NCBI GenBank assembly: GCA_963823655.1
Contig: CAWGMK010000013.1
Coordinates: 32,001 to 96,000 of the forward strand
Length of the DNA: 64,000 nt
From: an uncultured Bacillota bacterium
GTDB taxonomy: Bacteria > Bacillota > DTU025 > MWDF01
Direction: 5' to 3'
The notes under the pieces were generated by a model. That model worked only from the letters and a program-made list of their open reading frames with translations, was not told where the DNA came from and ran no database searches. Of the stretch, positions 33,802-43,806 are shown in pieces. Both the position numbers and the translations under genes were made by a program. Numbering within the stretch: the first letter of the stretch is position 1; every line of letters begins with the position of its first letter.

Positions 33802-34403
33802 TTACGATACCCAATTATATTGGAAAATAGACTGATCAATACAAAAGTCGACCAGTTGATCCCTTTGCTCTGCATTCTCGATATCGATTCCAAAGACTTC
33901 CTTCAGCACTTTCTTTCTCAAAAAGGCGGCTTCGATAGAAGAAACAAGCATATGCAATAGTTGCTGCAATTCCAGATCCGATTTGCCGTTTCCACATATT
34001 GTCCTGGCAATGGGAGCAAACATTTTTACAACTTGGACACTGTTATCTGACGCATCCGGTGAAACGAAATCTTTGGTTATTGATATTCTCGAAACGCCTG
34101 GGTTCATGACCATGAACGCGGTGATTCCTCTGCCAAGTGTTTTCATTTGGTCAATCGGCGCTATTTCCGCATTTTGGTTCATTGAACCGAGTTGTTCAAT
34201 CGAATGACTGGATCAATTCCAGAGTACACAGGTTGATAAGATTCGTCTTTTGTCTGAAAATGATAATTGATCAATCCAATTCCCACACCTGCATTTGCTG
34301 CGATATCCCTGACCGTGATTTTTGAAATATCGCCATGTTTCTTAATCAACTCAATCGTCGCGTGAATGATCTTCTCTTTTATTCCTTTATCCTGTTTGAC
34401 CAT
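33802..34403 (-). CDS. TetR/AcrR family regulator (frameshifted near 34240-34190)
   Basis: HTH 'IKEKII.ATIELI...G..KITVRDIAANAGVGIGLINYHFQTK'; the C-terminal domain lies in ORF 33802-34182. Confidence 0.8.
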
Positions 34404-34457
34404 TTTGATCTCCTTGTAATTGCTGTATATTAATCTTGGTTTGAGTATTGAACAATG

Positions 34458-34476
34458 TATTGAACGACGTTCAATA
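34458..34476. promoter_or_regulatory. Palindromic operator upstream of the TetR gene
   Basis: TATTGAAC-GAC-GTTCAATA perfect 8-bp inverted repeat, with an extra TATTGAAC half-site at 34446-34453. Confidence 0.6.
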
Positions 34477-34799
34477 TGCATATTATTACCGAACAATCTT
34501 CTTGTCAATACTCAACTGCAAGAATGTTTAACTGCAATATTAAGAATTCTGAAAAGCAAAATAGATACATTATAGCTCAGGCGTGCTTCGTTCTTTTGCA
34601 CCATTATTGTGACTCTTGGACGCCCGCCTTTATCTGTGCCCGAATTGCTTAATACGTATCCATCAGCTTTCCTTGTCTATTCCTTCAATTCTGACTTATT
34701 ATTATAAAGTATGGTTAAATCTGAAGATTCCAACACCGGAAAATATAAGGCCAAGTCGCTGGCAGCGGCATTGATTGGTATACCTTAGGAGGATTGCTG

Positions 34800-36350
34800 A
34801 TGAGCGGTTACAAGGGACATGTCGGGGATATTGTGACAATCAAAGAAAGAATCAGACATATCGTTGCTGAGGCTGTTGGAGTCCCTGCCGGCGATGTTGG
34901 GCTAAATGACCCGATAATCGAGAAATTCAAATTGGATAGCCTTCAAGCTATGGAGATATTAGCGAAGGTTGAAGACGAATATTCTCTTCTAATCCCCGAT
35001 GATGAGTATTTCAAGTGCAGATGCGTAGGTGAAATCGCGCAAGTTGTCGCAGGCAAGCTCGGCATTGCCGGAGGGTCAATTCAACAGGCGTTTGAGAAGT
35101 CGGACACCTTCAAATCCGGAAGAATTTCGGAATTCTCAAAATCTAGGGAGTACGCAGCGTTCATGGCGCGGAAGAAGTCCCTGGACAAGCTCGGCAATCC
35201 ATATTTTATCAAGCATGATTCGACCATCGGAGATACTTCAATTGTGGATGGACTTGAGGTCCTAAATTTCGGCTCATATAACTACATATGCCTCTCGGGC
35301 AACCCTGTAACCGTAAAAGCAGCTCAGGATGCAGCTGCAAAATTCGGCACATCTGCTTCAGGCAGCAGGCTTCTGGCAGGGGATAAATCCTTGTACTGGG
35401 AGCTTGAAAGGGAGATAGCAGACTGGAAGCATACAGAGGATGCCATAGTGATGGTAAGCGGGCATGCAACGAATGTCACGACTGTGGGCTGCCTATGCAA
35501 TGAGAACGACCTCATCGTGTATGACGCGCTTTCCCATAACTCAATAATCCAGGGGACGTTGCTTTCAAAAAGCCAGTCCAGGTCCTTTCCTCACAACGAC
35601 ATAGCGGCTCTTGAAGCCATGCTTAAGGAGCACAGGGACAAATTCGAGAAGGTTCTTCTCATAGTAGAGGGCGTTTACAGCATGGACGGGGATATTGCTC
35701 CTCTTCCGGAGTTCGTAAGGCTGAAGAAAGAATACGGACTGCTGCTAATGGCAGACGAAGCACATTCTACATGCGTTATTGGCGAACATGGCGGGGGAGT
35801 GGACGAATACTTCAAGCTTATGCCAGGTGACATCGACATTAAGATGGGCACCCTGTCTAAGGGTTTGGGCACATGCGGCGGCTACATCGCTTCATCCGCA
35901 GAGCTTGTTGACTGGCTTAGGTACAATGCACCCGGCTTCGTGTTTTCGGTAGGCATTAGCCCTGTGCTGGCCGCTGCATGCCTTGCGGGAATCAAGGAGC
36001 TGAGGCGCGACAATTCGGCAGTAAAGAAGCTTCACGGGAATATCGACGCATTCATGAGGGCTGCGAAGCGAAGGAAGCTTGATACCGTCCTTGCAGGGCA
36101 GACGGCAATCATACCGATAATGATAGGCCCTGACGAAGCGGCTTTCGCCCTTAGCGTGGCGATGCTGAAAAAGGGTGTATTCGTGCCGCCCGCAGTCTAC
36201 CCGGCCGTACCGAACGGAAAGGCGAGGCTGAGATACTGCGTGTGCAGCGATCATTCTGAAGCACAGATTGAGAAAGCGCTTGACTGCCTGGAGCAGACCG
36301 CAGATGAGTTGAGTATAATCCTGCCGAGGATGAAGTCATCGTCGTTCTAA
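34800..36350 (+). CDS. Acyl carrier protein fused to a PLP-dependent alpha-oxoamine synthase (AONS/SPT/KBL family)
   Basis: N-terminal ACP fold with 'LDSLQAMEI...ED.Y...IPD'; then 'NFGSYNY', 'SGSRLLAG', 'DALSHNSI', 'EGVYSMDGD', 'DEAH', PLP-lysine 'GTLSKGLG', 'PAVP.GKARLR'. Confidence 0.88.
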   Translation: MSGYKGHVGDIVTIKERIRHIVAEAVGVPAGDVGLNDPIIEKFKLDSLQAMEILAKVEDEYSLLIPDDEYFKCRCVGEIAQVVAGKLGIAGGSIQQAFEKSDTFKSGRISEFSKSREYAAFMARKKSLDKLGNPYFIKHDSTIGDTSIVDGLEVLNFGSYNYICLSGNPVTVKAAQDAAAKFGTSASGSRLLAGDKSLYWELEREIADWKHTEDAIVMVSGHATNVTTVGCLCNENDLIVYDALSHNSIIQGTLLSKSQSRSFPHNDIAALEAMLKEHRDKFEKVLLIVEGVYSMDGDIAPLPEFVRLKKEYGLLLMADEAHSTCVIGEHGGGVDEYFKLMPGDIDIKMGTLSKGLGTCGGYIASSAELVDWLRYNAPGFVFSVGISPVLAAACLAGIKELRRDNSAVKKLHGNIDAFMRAAKRRKLDTVLAGQTAIIPIMIGPDEAAFALSVAMLKKGVFVPPAVYPAVPNGKARLRYCVCSDHSEAQIEKALDCLEQTADELSIILPRMKSSSF

Positions 36351-36407
36351 GAACTGGTTCATCAGTAATCCTGCCAGGAGCTACAGAATTAGAATTGAGG
36401 TGCTGCA

Positions 36408-36686
36408 GTGGAAAACAGTGAGATCGCTATTAAGGCAACAGCCTTTTCGGACGAGAATAGGGTGAAGATCCTCAAGATGCTGGCCACAAAGGAACTATGC
36501 GCCTGCAATATACTTGAGTACCTTGGCATATCCCAGCCGACGCTCTCATATCACATGAGGCTTCTTACGGAATCCGGGCTGGTCATCGCAAGAAGAAACG
36601 GCAAGTGGACTTACTACTCTCTGAACATGTCCGATTTTTCTGCTCTTAGGGACGCGCTGGATGAAATCGTGCAGACCAAGATTTAG
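36408..36686 (+). CDS. ArsR/SmtB family transcriptional regulator
   Basis: 'AFSDENRVKIL..L...ELCACNI...L.ISQPTLSYHM..L...GLV..R..GKW.YYSL'. Confidence 0.9.
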   Translation: MENSEIAIKATAFSDENRVKILKMLATKELCACNILEYLGISQPTLSYHMRLLTESGLVIARRNGKWTYYSLNMSDFSALRDALDEIVQTKI

Positions 36687-36828
36687 GACCTGCCAAATCT
36701 AAACTGCGAGGAATAGGGGCTGAGAAGCGGAAGCCGGGCGAGAAACAAGCAAAAGCGTCTGCTCGGTCAAATTTTATGATTATGTCTGTCAGTCGGCAAT
36801 TCCAGGTTCAATGGAGGGAGGCAAGACG

Positions 36829-37404
36829 ATGGCCTATTACAGGAAACTAGTGGGAAAACTGTGCTATCTATCGCCAATCGACCCGGAGAATTACGGCGTC
36901 TTTACGGAGTGGGTCAATGATTTGGAAGCCAGCCTTGGCATGATATTCCTCCATTCCATAATCGGCGAAGCGAAGGAGAAAGAGGTGATGGACAGGCTGA
37001 AGGACGGCCTTAACTTCACCATTGTGGATTCCTCCACCGATAAGGCTATAGGATCATGCGGGATACCAAGCATTGATGAGCGAAACAAGCACTGCGAAGT
37101 AGGGATATTCATAGGCGACCCTGACAAGCGCGGAAAGGGCTACGGCACGGATGCCATGTCATTGATACTGGAGTTCGCTTTCAGCATCCTGAACATGCAC
37201 AGCGTGGCTTTAAGAGTCTATGATTACAACAAGCCTGCCATAAGGTGCTACGAGAAGTGCGGGTTTAAACTAGCCGGTCGGCTCAGGCATGCAAAGCGCA
37301 TAGGCGGCGCCTGGCATGATGAGCTGATAATGGACATATTGGAGGACGAGTTCGAATCGAAAATCGTCGGCCCTGCAATAAGAAAACGGGAAGGTCGAGC
37401 ATAG
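36829..37404 (+). CDS. GNAT N-acetyltransferase (RimJ/RimL type)
   Basis: 'EVGIFIG....RGKGYGTDAM', 'YNKPAIRCYEKCGF...G..R'. Confidence 0.88.
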   Translation: MAYYRKLVGKLCYLSPIDPENYGVFTEWVNDLEASLGMIFLHSIIGEAKEKEVMDRLKDGLNFTIVDSSTDKAIGSCGIPSIDERNKHCEVGIFIGDPDKRGKGYGTDAMSLILEFAFSILNMHSVALRVYDYNKPAIRCYEKCGFKLAGRLRHAKRIGGAWHDELIMDILEDEFESKIVGPAIRKREGRA

Positions 37405-37405
37405 A

Positions 37406-38045
37406 ATGCCGCGCATTTGGAATATGAGCTATGAGGAAGAGGTGGCAAACGCCGTCACACATGGAGTGATGGCGATGTTGGCACTTTTCTTCCTGCCATA
37501 TGTGGCAGTCATCGGTTACATAGAAAAAGGGTCCTATCGGCTCAATAACTAAAAGCGTGTTCGTGATCAGCCTGTTCCTGATGTTCACAAGCTCATGCCT
37601 TTATCACTCCATGGCCTTCGAAAGCAAGCATAAGCAAGTACTGAGATTACTGGATCATATATTCATTTTCGTTGCTATCGCAGGCAGCTACACCCCTATC
37701 GGGCTTCTGGTCATAGGAGGTCCATGGGGAATAGGGATTGTAGCATTTCAGTGGCTTCTTGTATTGATAGGCGCCTTAAACAAGACACTATCCAAGAAGG
37801 GGGGACAGAAGGCGAGCCTTGCTTTCTACCTGCTTATGGGCTGGAGCGCCGTAGTGTTGTTCCCGGTTATGGTCAATAAGGCAGGAACTGGCCTTATGGT
37901 GTCGATCGTTGCTGGAGGCCTATTCTATTCAGTTGGGGCCACGATTTACGCGTTCAAGGGGTTTAAGTATCACCACATGGTATGGCACCTTTTTATTAAC
38001 CTGGGAGCTTTATCTCACTTTATTGGAATAGTATTCCTGACTTAG
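37406..38045 (+). CDS. Hemolysin III/PAQR family membrane protein (frameshift near 37530-37550)
   Basis: The upstream frame reads 'SYEEEVANAVTHG'; downstream 'SCLYH', 'LDH..IFVAIAGSYTP', 'YLLMGW', 'GGLFYSVG', 'HMVWHLF'. Confidence 0.85.
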
Positions 38046-38217
38046 CCTCATCTTAAGTACATCTTCGGGGATATTACCGATTTTCAGCGTCGGTCGCTTT
38101 GAATGCTGCTTTGAGGAAGAGATGCAGGGTATACCCCTGCAATAAGATGGCAGAGTCCGAACACTTTTACGAAATTCGGACCTGTTTCTCGGAAATTGGC
38201 GGACCGCTTGCCTACGA

Positions 38218-38649
38218 TCATCTTTCATCGATAAAGTCGCCACAACCTGTATAGGTGTTGTTTCCATAAGATATGACGACCGAGAGATCGTGCTGGTCGC
38301 CTTTCATATCATCTGTGCATTTTCCTCGGATGAGGATGACTGAGAGGCCGGGTTTCGTATCCGAGTATTCGATAAGAACAGATTCGTCAGTCAGAGGGAC
38401 AACTCTGCTTGCCGCTCCGGACGATAGGGACAGATCCCCATAATCAAGAATAGCATTCATTTCTTCTGCTCCGTGCATCTCCACCCTCCAGCCGGGCTCG
38501 CTTCCTAGCGCGATGATACTGCCTCCTTCGGATAGCACTTCATACAGTGGCGCCTGCAACTGCAGCATGTTCAATGCAATAAGCCCTAAGCAGGTACAAA
38601 GTGCAACTACCGGAATAAGCAGGAGCAGGTCGCGTTTCCTAATTGCCAT
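38218..38649 (-). CDS. Hypothetical exported/membrane-anchored protein (COG3650-like C-terminus)
   Basis: N-terminal hydrophobic helix; 'G.EPGW', 'C.D.M', 'Y.GCG' pattern. Confidence 0.55.
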   Translation of the reverse strand: MAIRKRDLLLLIPVVALCTCLGLIALNMLQLQAPLYEVLSEGGSIIALGSEPGWRVEMHGAEEMNAILDYGDLSLSSGAASRVVPLTDESVLIEYSDTKPGLSVILIRGKCTDDMKGDQHDLSVVISYGNNTYTGCGDFIDER

Positions 38650-38729
38650 TCTTCAACCTCCGGGCATTATTGACGCTTTAAAGGCATGAGGATTTGCTCT
38701 CATGCTATTATTATGGCATGGAGGTGGCC

Positions 38730-39989
38730 ATGATGAAGAGAATAACAGCTTTGATGATAGCCGCTATGCTTATTACATTGACGATTATCTCCGGAGCAGG
38801 GGCCTACAATTATAAGTCACACAGAGCAATAGCAGCAGAAGCCTTCCACACACTTGCTGTATATTGGCCCGATGAGTACAAGGACTATCAGTCGTTAAAG
38901 GGTTTCAGCCCGGAGGTCAGATCATTAAGGCTGAGGCCGGCGACTTTCTATATACTAGACAGCGTGCAGATGAGCGTCGACGAATCTCCGGAGGTCGACA
39001 ACTACAACGACGTTGAGCTTGTGAAGGTTAAATCCAAACTGGACAACCCTCATATTGACGAAGACATGGTATCTAACGATATCCCTGCATTCAATTACGG
39101 AAGCTCCAACTTCACATCATTCAACCACTTCATAGACATCAAGAAGGGGCAGGGGATTTTCGACGATTACGATGGTTATTCCTTCGAGAGGGGCTCTGCC
39201 AGGGAGGGCGGATATCAAAAAGCTGTGGATGCAGCGACAAGCTTCATGGAGAAAGTATTCGCCTGGGTGACAGGATACTCCGTAGACAAGGGGATAACTT
39301 GGTGGTTCAGGGATAACTACGTGCACGTTCTCGGTGAAGAATGGTACAGAGGGTGCTCTCCTGCAATGGAGCATTATTCCTTTCCTGATGACCTAGGGGC
39401 TTACGCTACAGTGGAAGCAGAGCTGGCAGCGAGGTTCCCCAAGTCCAGCCCCGGAGGCGGGGAGGGTGAAGGCATACCATACTCCGTATTCATGCCTTTG
39501 GACAATCTCGCCAAGTACTGGTACTTCAATTTCCTGAAAACCAAGGACCCGGTCTCTATGGGGCCCGTGCTGCATGCAATCGCAGACGCTTGCATACCGC
39601 ACCATTCCGCCGGGTACTCCGGCAACTGGCACACAAAGTATGAGGGGGATATCGAGGACAGGATATCCGTATGGCTCTCGAAAGAGGGCTATGTAGAGGA
39701 AGTCAAGGAGTTATCTGACAGCTGGTTCTGGCTTGATCCAGATCCGCCGTCGTCGCTAAGAGGCAATGAGTGGAGCAGGAAACCTGCAGTCAACTGGGAC
39801 ATAGACATGCTAATCACCTGGCTCGCCCTGAACAGCTTCAAAGCGTCCTGGGAGGTATATGGCGAGTTCAAGGAGGGCTACATCCTGAACGAGGAGAGCG
39901 CCCAGGAACTGACTAAGCTTGCGACGGCAATGAGCTTGCTGGTAATAAGAAAAGCAGTCGCGGAAGTATACTTGATCAATAAGAAGTAG
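38730..39989 (+). CDS. Secreted protein with zinc-dependent phospholipase C / S1-P1 nuclease-like metal ligands
   Basis: Signal peptide ending 'AGA'; mature start 'YNYKSHRAI'; 'NHFID', 'LHAIADACIPHH', 'HTKYE'. Confidence 0.55.
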   Translation: MMKRITALMIAAMLITLTIISGAGAYNYKSHRAIAAEAFHTLAVYWPDEYKDYQSLKGFSPEVRSLRLRPATFYILDSVQMSVDESPEVDNYNDVELVKVKSKLDNPHIDEDMVSNDIPAFNYGSSNFTSFNHFIDIKKGQGIFDDYDGYSFERGSAREGGYQKAVDAATSFMEKVFAWVTGYSVDKGITWWFRDNYVHVLGEEWYRGCSPAMEHYSFPDDLGAYATVEAELAARFPKSSPGGGEGEGIPYSVFMPLDNLAKYWYFNFLKTKDPVSMGPVLHAIADACIPHHSAGYSGNWHTKYEGDIEDRISVWLSKEGYVEEVKELSDSWFWLDPDPPSSLRGNEWSRKPAVNWDIDMLITWLALNSFKASWEVYGEFKEGYILNEESAQELTKLATAMSLLVIRKAVAEVYLINKK

Positions 39990-40077
39990 GATGATGGGGA
40001 TTTGCGAGATTGGGCCAAGGTTTGCTCGTCAAACATGTCGAATGTAACAAGCAGGGATGATGCTAAGAAATAAAAGA

Positions 40078-40107
40078 GAAAGCCTGGGCTTTTCAGCCCA
40101 GGCTTTC
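40078..40107. terminator. Bidirectional terminator between convergent genes
   Basis: 13-bp stem GAAAGCCTGGGCT/AGCCCAGGCTTTC with A-rich 5' and T-rich 3' flanks. Confidence 0.8.
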
Positions 40108-40122
40108 GTTTCTACTAGGAAG

Positions 40123-41703
40123 TTATTTTGTCGAGCAAGCGTAGAAGTACTTGAACCCGAACGGTGATACGATGACGCCCTGGAGGTTGGCCTTCTGGAG
40201 ATACTCGTCTGTGTAGAAGAATATCGGGGCGGCTACTGCTTCTTCCATGATTACTTTCTCTGCGTCATGCAGATACTTGTAACGGACTACAGGATTGGCA
40301 GTATTCGCGGCGGCCTTGGCGAGCAGGTCATCGAACTTCGCGCTCGAATACTGGCCGTCATTGTTTCCGTTGCCGGTTGCGAACAGATCCAGGAACGATG
40401 TCGGATCGTCGTAGTCTGCGAGCCAGCCGTTACGGGCGATCTGATAGTTGCCCTTGCGGCGCTGCTCTGTGAATACGTTCCACTCTACGTTGGCTAGGGT
40501 TACGTCGATGTTGAGAGCCTGCTTCCACATCTGCTGGAGGGCTTCGGCTATCTTCTTGTGGCCAGAGCTGGTGTTATAGACGTACTCCAGTTTCGGGAAG
40601 CCCTTGCCGTCCGGATAACCGGCATCGGCCAGGAACTTCTTCGCGGACTCTACGTTCTTGGCGTATACGCTAGGATCGATGAACTTCGACTCGGGCTTCT
40701 GGCTGAAGTCCTTGTTGTCGGAGTCGGTTATGCCGAATGCTACCATTGCGTTGGCAGGGATCGCTCCGCCGCCGCGTACGACTTCGGCGATGTACTTGGT
40801 ATCGATTGCATACCAAAGGGCCTTACGTACGAGGACGTTGTCGAGAGGAGCGACCTTCACGTTGAAGGAGACATAATAGGTGCCGATTGTCGGCGCAACG
40901 TGGTACTCAGGAAGCTTTATTACGCTCTTGTACTCATCTATCGGGTAGGTGTCGATGAAGGACAGCTGGTTGTTCTTGAAGGCTGCGAATACAGCGTTAT
41001 CATCGGAGAAGAGCTTGAAGGTGAGCTTAGGGACCTTCACGGCCGACTTGTTGTGATAATAGCCGTTCGCTACCATCTCGATTACGGAGTCCTGTACCCT
41101 CTTGGAAAGCTTGTACATGCCGTTCGACACGAACTTCTTGGGGTCGAGGGTCCACTTGTCGTTGGGAGTGCCGTCGGCGTTCTCAACGATGTCCTTACGG
41201 ACGGGCATGAAGGTGGGGAACGCGAACAAGGACTTCATGTAAGGTACTTTCAGCTTCAGTGCTACTACGATCGTCTTGCTGTCCTTGGCAACCGTCTTGG
41301 TGAGGTCAAGGTTGTCGGTGATCAAGTAGGCATAAGGGGAAGCCATTGCTTCTGAGGCTGCGCGCTTCCATGCATAGACGAAGTCCTCGGCGACCAGCTT
41401 CTTGCCGTCGCTCCAGAATACGTTGTCCTTCAGGACAACTGTCCAGGTCTTGCCGTCAGCGGATTCAACTGCGCTCTTCGCAACGCCAAGGACGAGGGAT
41501 CCGTCCGGTGCGTAAGTATAGACGCCCTCGAAAAGATGGCCGATGTAAATTGCGCCGTCTACTGCCGAGTTCAGCGCGGGATCGATGGTCTCCGGTTCGG
41601 AACCGACAGACACTGAGAGCGCTGCGATCGGCGCGCCCATTACGATGCCGGTAAGGCTCGCAAAGGCGAGGACGATGGAAAGTACTAGTGCTATCCTCTT
41701 CAT
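40123..41703 (-). CDS. oppA: Oligopeptide ABC substrate-binding protein
   Basis: 'GSEPETIDPA', 'HLFEG', 'WSDG..LVAEDFVYAWKR', 'VRKAL..AID', 'RNGWLADY.DP.SFL'; signal peptide without Cys. Confidence 0.9.
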   Translation of the reverse strand: MKRIALVLSIVLAFASLTGIVMGAPIAALSVSVGSEPETIDPALNSAVDGAIYIGHLFEGVYTYAPDGSLVLGVAKSAVESADGKTWTVVLKDNVFWSDGKKLVAEDFVYAWKRAASEAMASPYAYLITDNLDLTKTVAKDSKTIVVALKLKVPYMKSLFAFPTFMPVRKDIVENADGTPNDKWTLDPKKFVSNGMYKLSKRVQDSVIEMVANGYYHNKSAVKVPKLTFKLFSDDNAVFAAFKNNQLSFIDTYPIDEYKSVIKLPEYHVAPTIGTYYVSFNVKVAPLDNVLVRKALWYAIDTKYIAEVVRGGGAIPANAMVAFGITDSDNKDFSQKPESKFIDPSVYAKNVESAKKFLADAGYPDGKGFPKLEYVYNTSSGHKKIAEALQQMWKQALNIDVTLANVEWNVFTEQRRKGNYQIARNGWLADYDDPTSFLDLFATGNGNNDGQYSSAKFDDLLAKAAANTANPVVRYKYLHDAEKVIMEEAVAAPIFFYTDEYLQKANLQGVIVSPFGFKYFYACSTK

Positions 41704-41779
41704 TACTTTTCCTCCTCTGTTATTTGAACGCCTTAAGGCGTTACACCCTAAATATTATTATCTGACTTTACACGAATTC

Positions 41780-42748
41780 CTACCTCTTGTCCAATAAATA
41801 ACATGCGCACAAATGACCGGGTCCGACTTCCTTCAATACCGGGTCCGCTTCGCCGCATATCGGCATGGCGTACTTGCAGCGCTGCTTGAACCTGCATCCA
41901 GGAGGCGGATTGATCGGGGACGGGACATCGCCCTCCAAAGGCACCCTCTTCCTGGATCTGCTGATCTTAGGATCGGGAACGGGTATTGCTGATAACAATG
42001 CCTGTGTATATGGATGTAACGGGGACTTATAAAGTTCCTCGGTATTCGTTATTTCCATCATCTTGCCCAAGTACATGACGCCGACATTAGTGGAAATGTG
42101 TTTGACCACCGCAAGGTCGTGGGCAATGAAAAGGTATGTTAGCTGGAAGTCCTTCTGAAGGTCCTCAAGCATGTTCATGACCTGCGCCTGTATCGAGACG
42201 TCCAATGCCGAGATGGGCTCGTCACAGACTATGAACTCCGGGCGAACAGCCAGGGCCCTGGCTATACCGATTCGCTGCCTCTGGCCTCCCGAGAACTCGT
42301 GGGGGTATCTGCTTCCATGGTCCGGCGAAAGCCCAACAAGGCAGAGTAGCTCATGAATCTTCTGATCGCGTTCCTTGCGATGTGCCGGCCATCCTGTGAA
42401 TGTCCATGGCTTCGGCTATGATGTCGCCGACGGTCATCCTGGGATCAAGCGAGGCATACGGGTCCTGGAAGATGATCTGCATCTTCCTCCTATATGATGT
42501 CATATCCCCCTTAGTGATGTCATGCCCATCATATATAAGCTTCCCGGAAGTCGGCTCGTATAGCCTTAGTACTGTCCTGCCTACCGTCGTTTTCCGCAGC
42601 CTGATTCGCCTACAAGGCCGAAAGTCTCGCCCTTGTTGATCGTGAAGCTTATGTCGTCCACGGCATGCACGAACTTGGTTGGCTCCAGCCAACTTGACTT
42701 CACAGGGAAGTACTTTTTCAGGTTCTTTACTTCAAGCAACTTGCTCAT
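41780..42748 (-). CDS. oppF: Oligopeptide ABC ATP-binding protein (several frameshifts)
   Basis: '[13 protein letters not shown]', 'VHAVDDIS', '[15 protein letters not shown]', '[20 protein letters not shown]', 'DVSIQAQV', '[14 protein letters not shown]'. Confidence 0.85.
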
Positions 42749-43779
42749 ATTTCGCACACCTCATTTCCGGAGGGATCTGGACGGCAGGCACGAAAGGCTT
42801 ATCCTTGATCTGTTCGTGAAGGAGCCAACATGCAGCCCTGTGTTTCTCGCCTAACTCAAAGAACGGAGGTTGGTTGTCCATGCAAATCCTCATGCAGTAT
42901 TCGCACCTCGGCGCGAATGAGCAGCCCGGAGGAGGGCACAGAAGGTCCACAGGCGTGCCGTCGATTGGAACTAGCCTCTCCTTCTTATCAAGGTGAAGCC
43001 TTGGTATGGACCTAAGCAACCCTTTCGTGTAAGGATGCCCCGGCTTTTCGAAGATATCGTAGATTGAGGCCTCCTCGACAACCTTGCCTGCATACATGAC
43101 CATTACCCTGTCACATACATCAGAGATTATCCCTAGGTCATGAGTGATGAGGATTACCGACATGTTGATCTTCGCCCTCAGGTTCTTGAGAAGGTCGAGT
43201 ATCTGGGCCTGGATTGTAACATCAAGCGCTGTAGTCGGTTCATCTGCTATCACCAGCTTGGGGTCATTGGCGAGTGCCATGGCAATCATTACCCTCTGCT
43301 TCATGCCTCCGGAGAACTCGTGTGGGTATTGCTTCATTCGCCTTTCAGGGAAAGGTATTTCAACCATCTCAAGAAGTTGTATTGCCTTCTTGCGGGCTTC
43401 CTTCTTGCTTAGCTTCTCGTGCACTAGTATTGATTCTACAAGCTGGTTCCCAATAGAGAAAACCGGGTTAAGGCAGGTAGTAGGGTCCTGAAAGACCATT
43501 GCTATGTCGCTGCCCCGGATTTCCTGCATCTGCTTCTCCGGCAACGAAAGCATATCCTTGCCGTCGAATTCGATTGATCCGCTCACTACTTTGCCCGGGG
43601 GAGTAAGCAAGTCCAATCAAGGCATATACAGAAACGGATTTGCCTGATCCGGATTCGCCCACTATACCAACGACTTCGCCCTTATCCAATGCCCAGCTAA
43701 TCTCGCGCACTGCCTGGACTTCGCCGGCTTGGGTAAAGAACGACACTTTTAAGTCTTTTATATTTACAAGGTCTCCCAT
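42732..43779 (-). CDS. oppD: Oligopeptide ABC ATP-binding protein (frameshift near 43610)
   Basis: '[12 protein letters not shown]', 'MVFQDP...LNPV', '[19 protein letters not shown]', '[15 protein letters not shown]'. Confidence 0.88.
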
Positions 43780-43806
43780 CGCATTTCCTCGCTTCCTGCC
43801 ATAAGG

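Noticed and set aside
34462-34472. GAAC-GAC-GTTC as a LexA box
   Set aside because: The spacer is 3 nt, not 4; better explained as a TetR operator.
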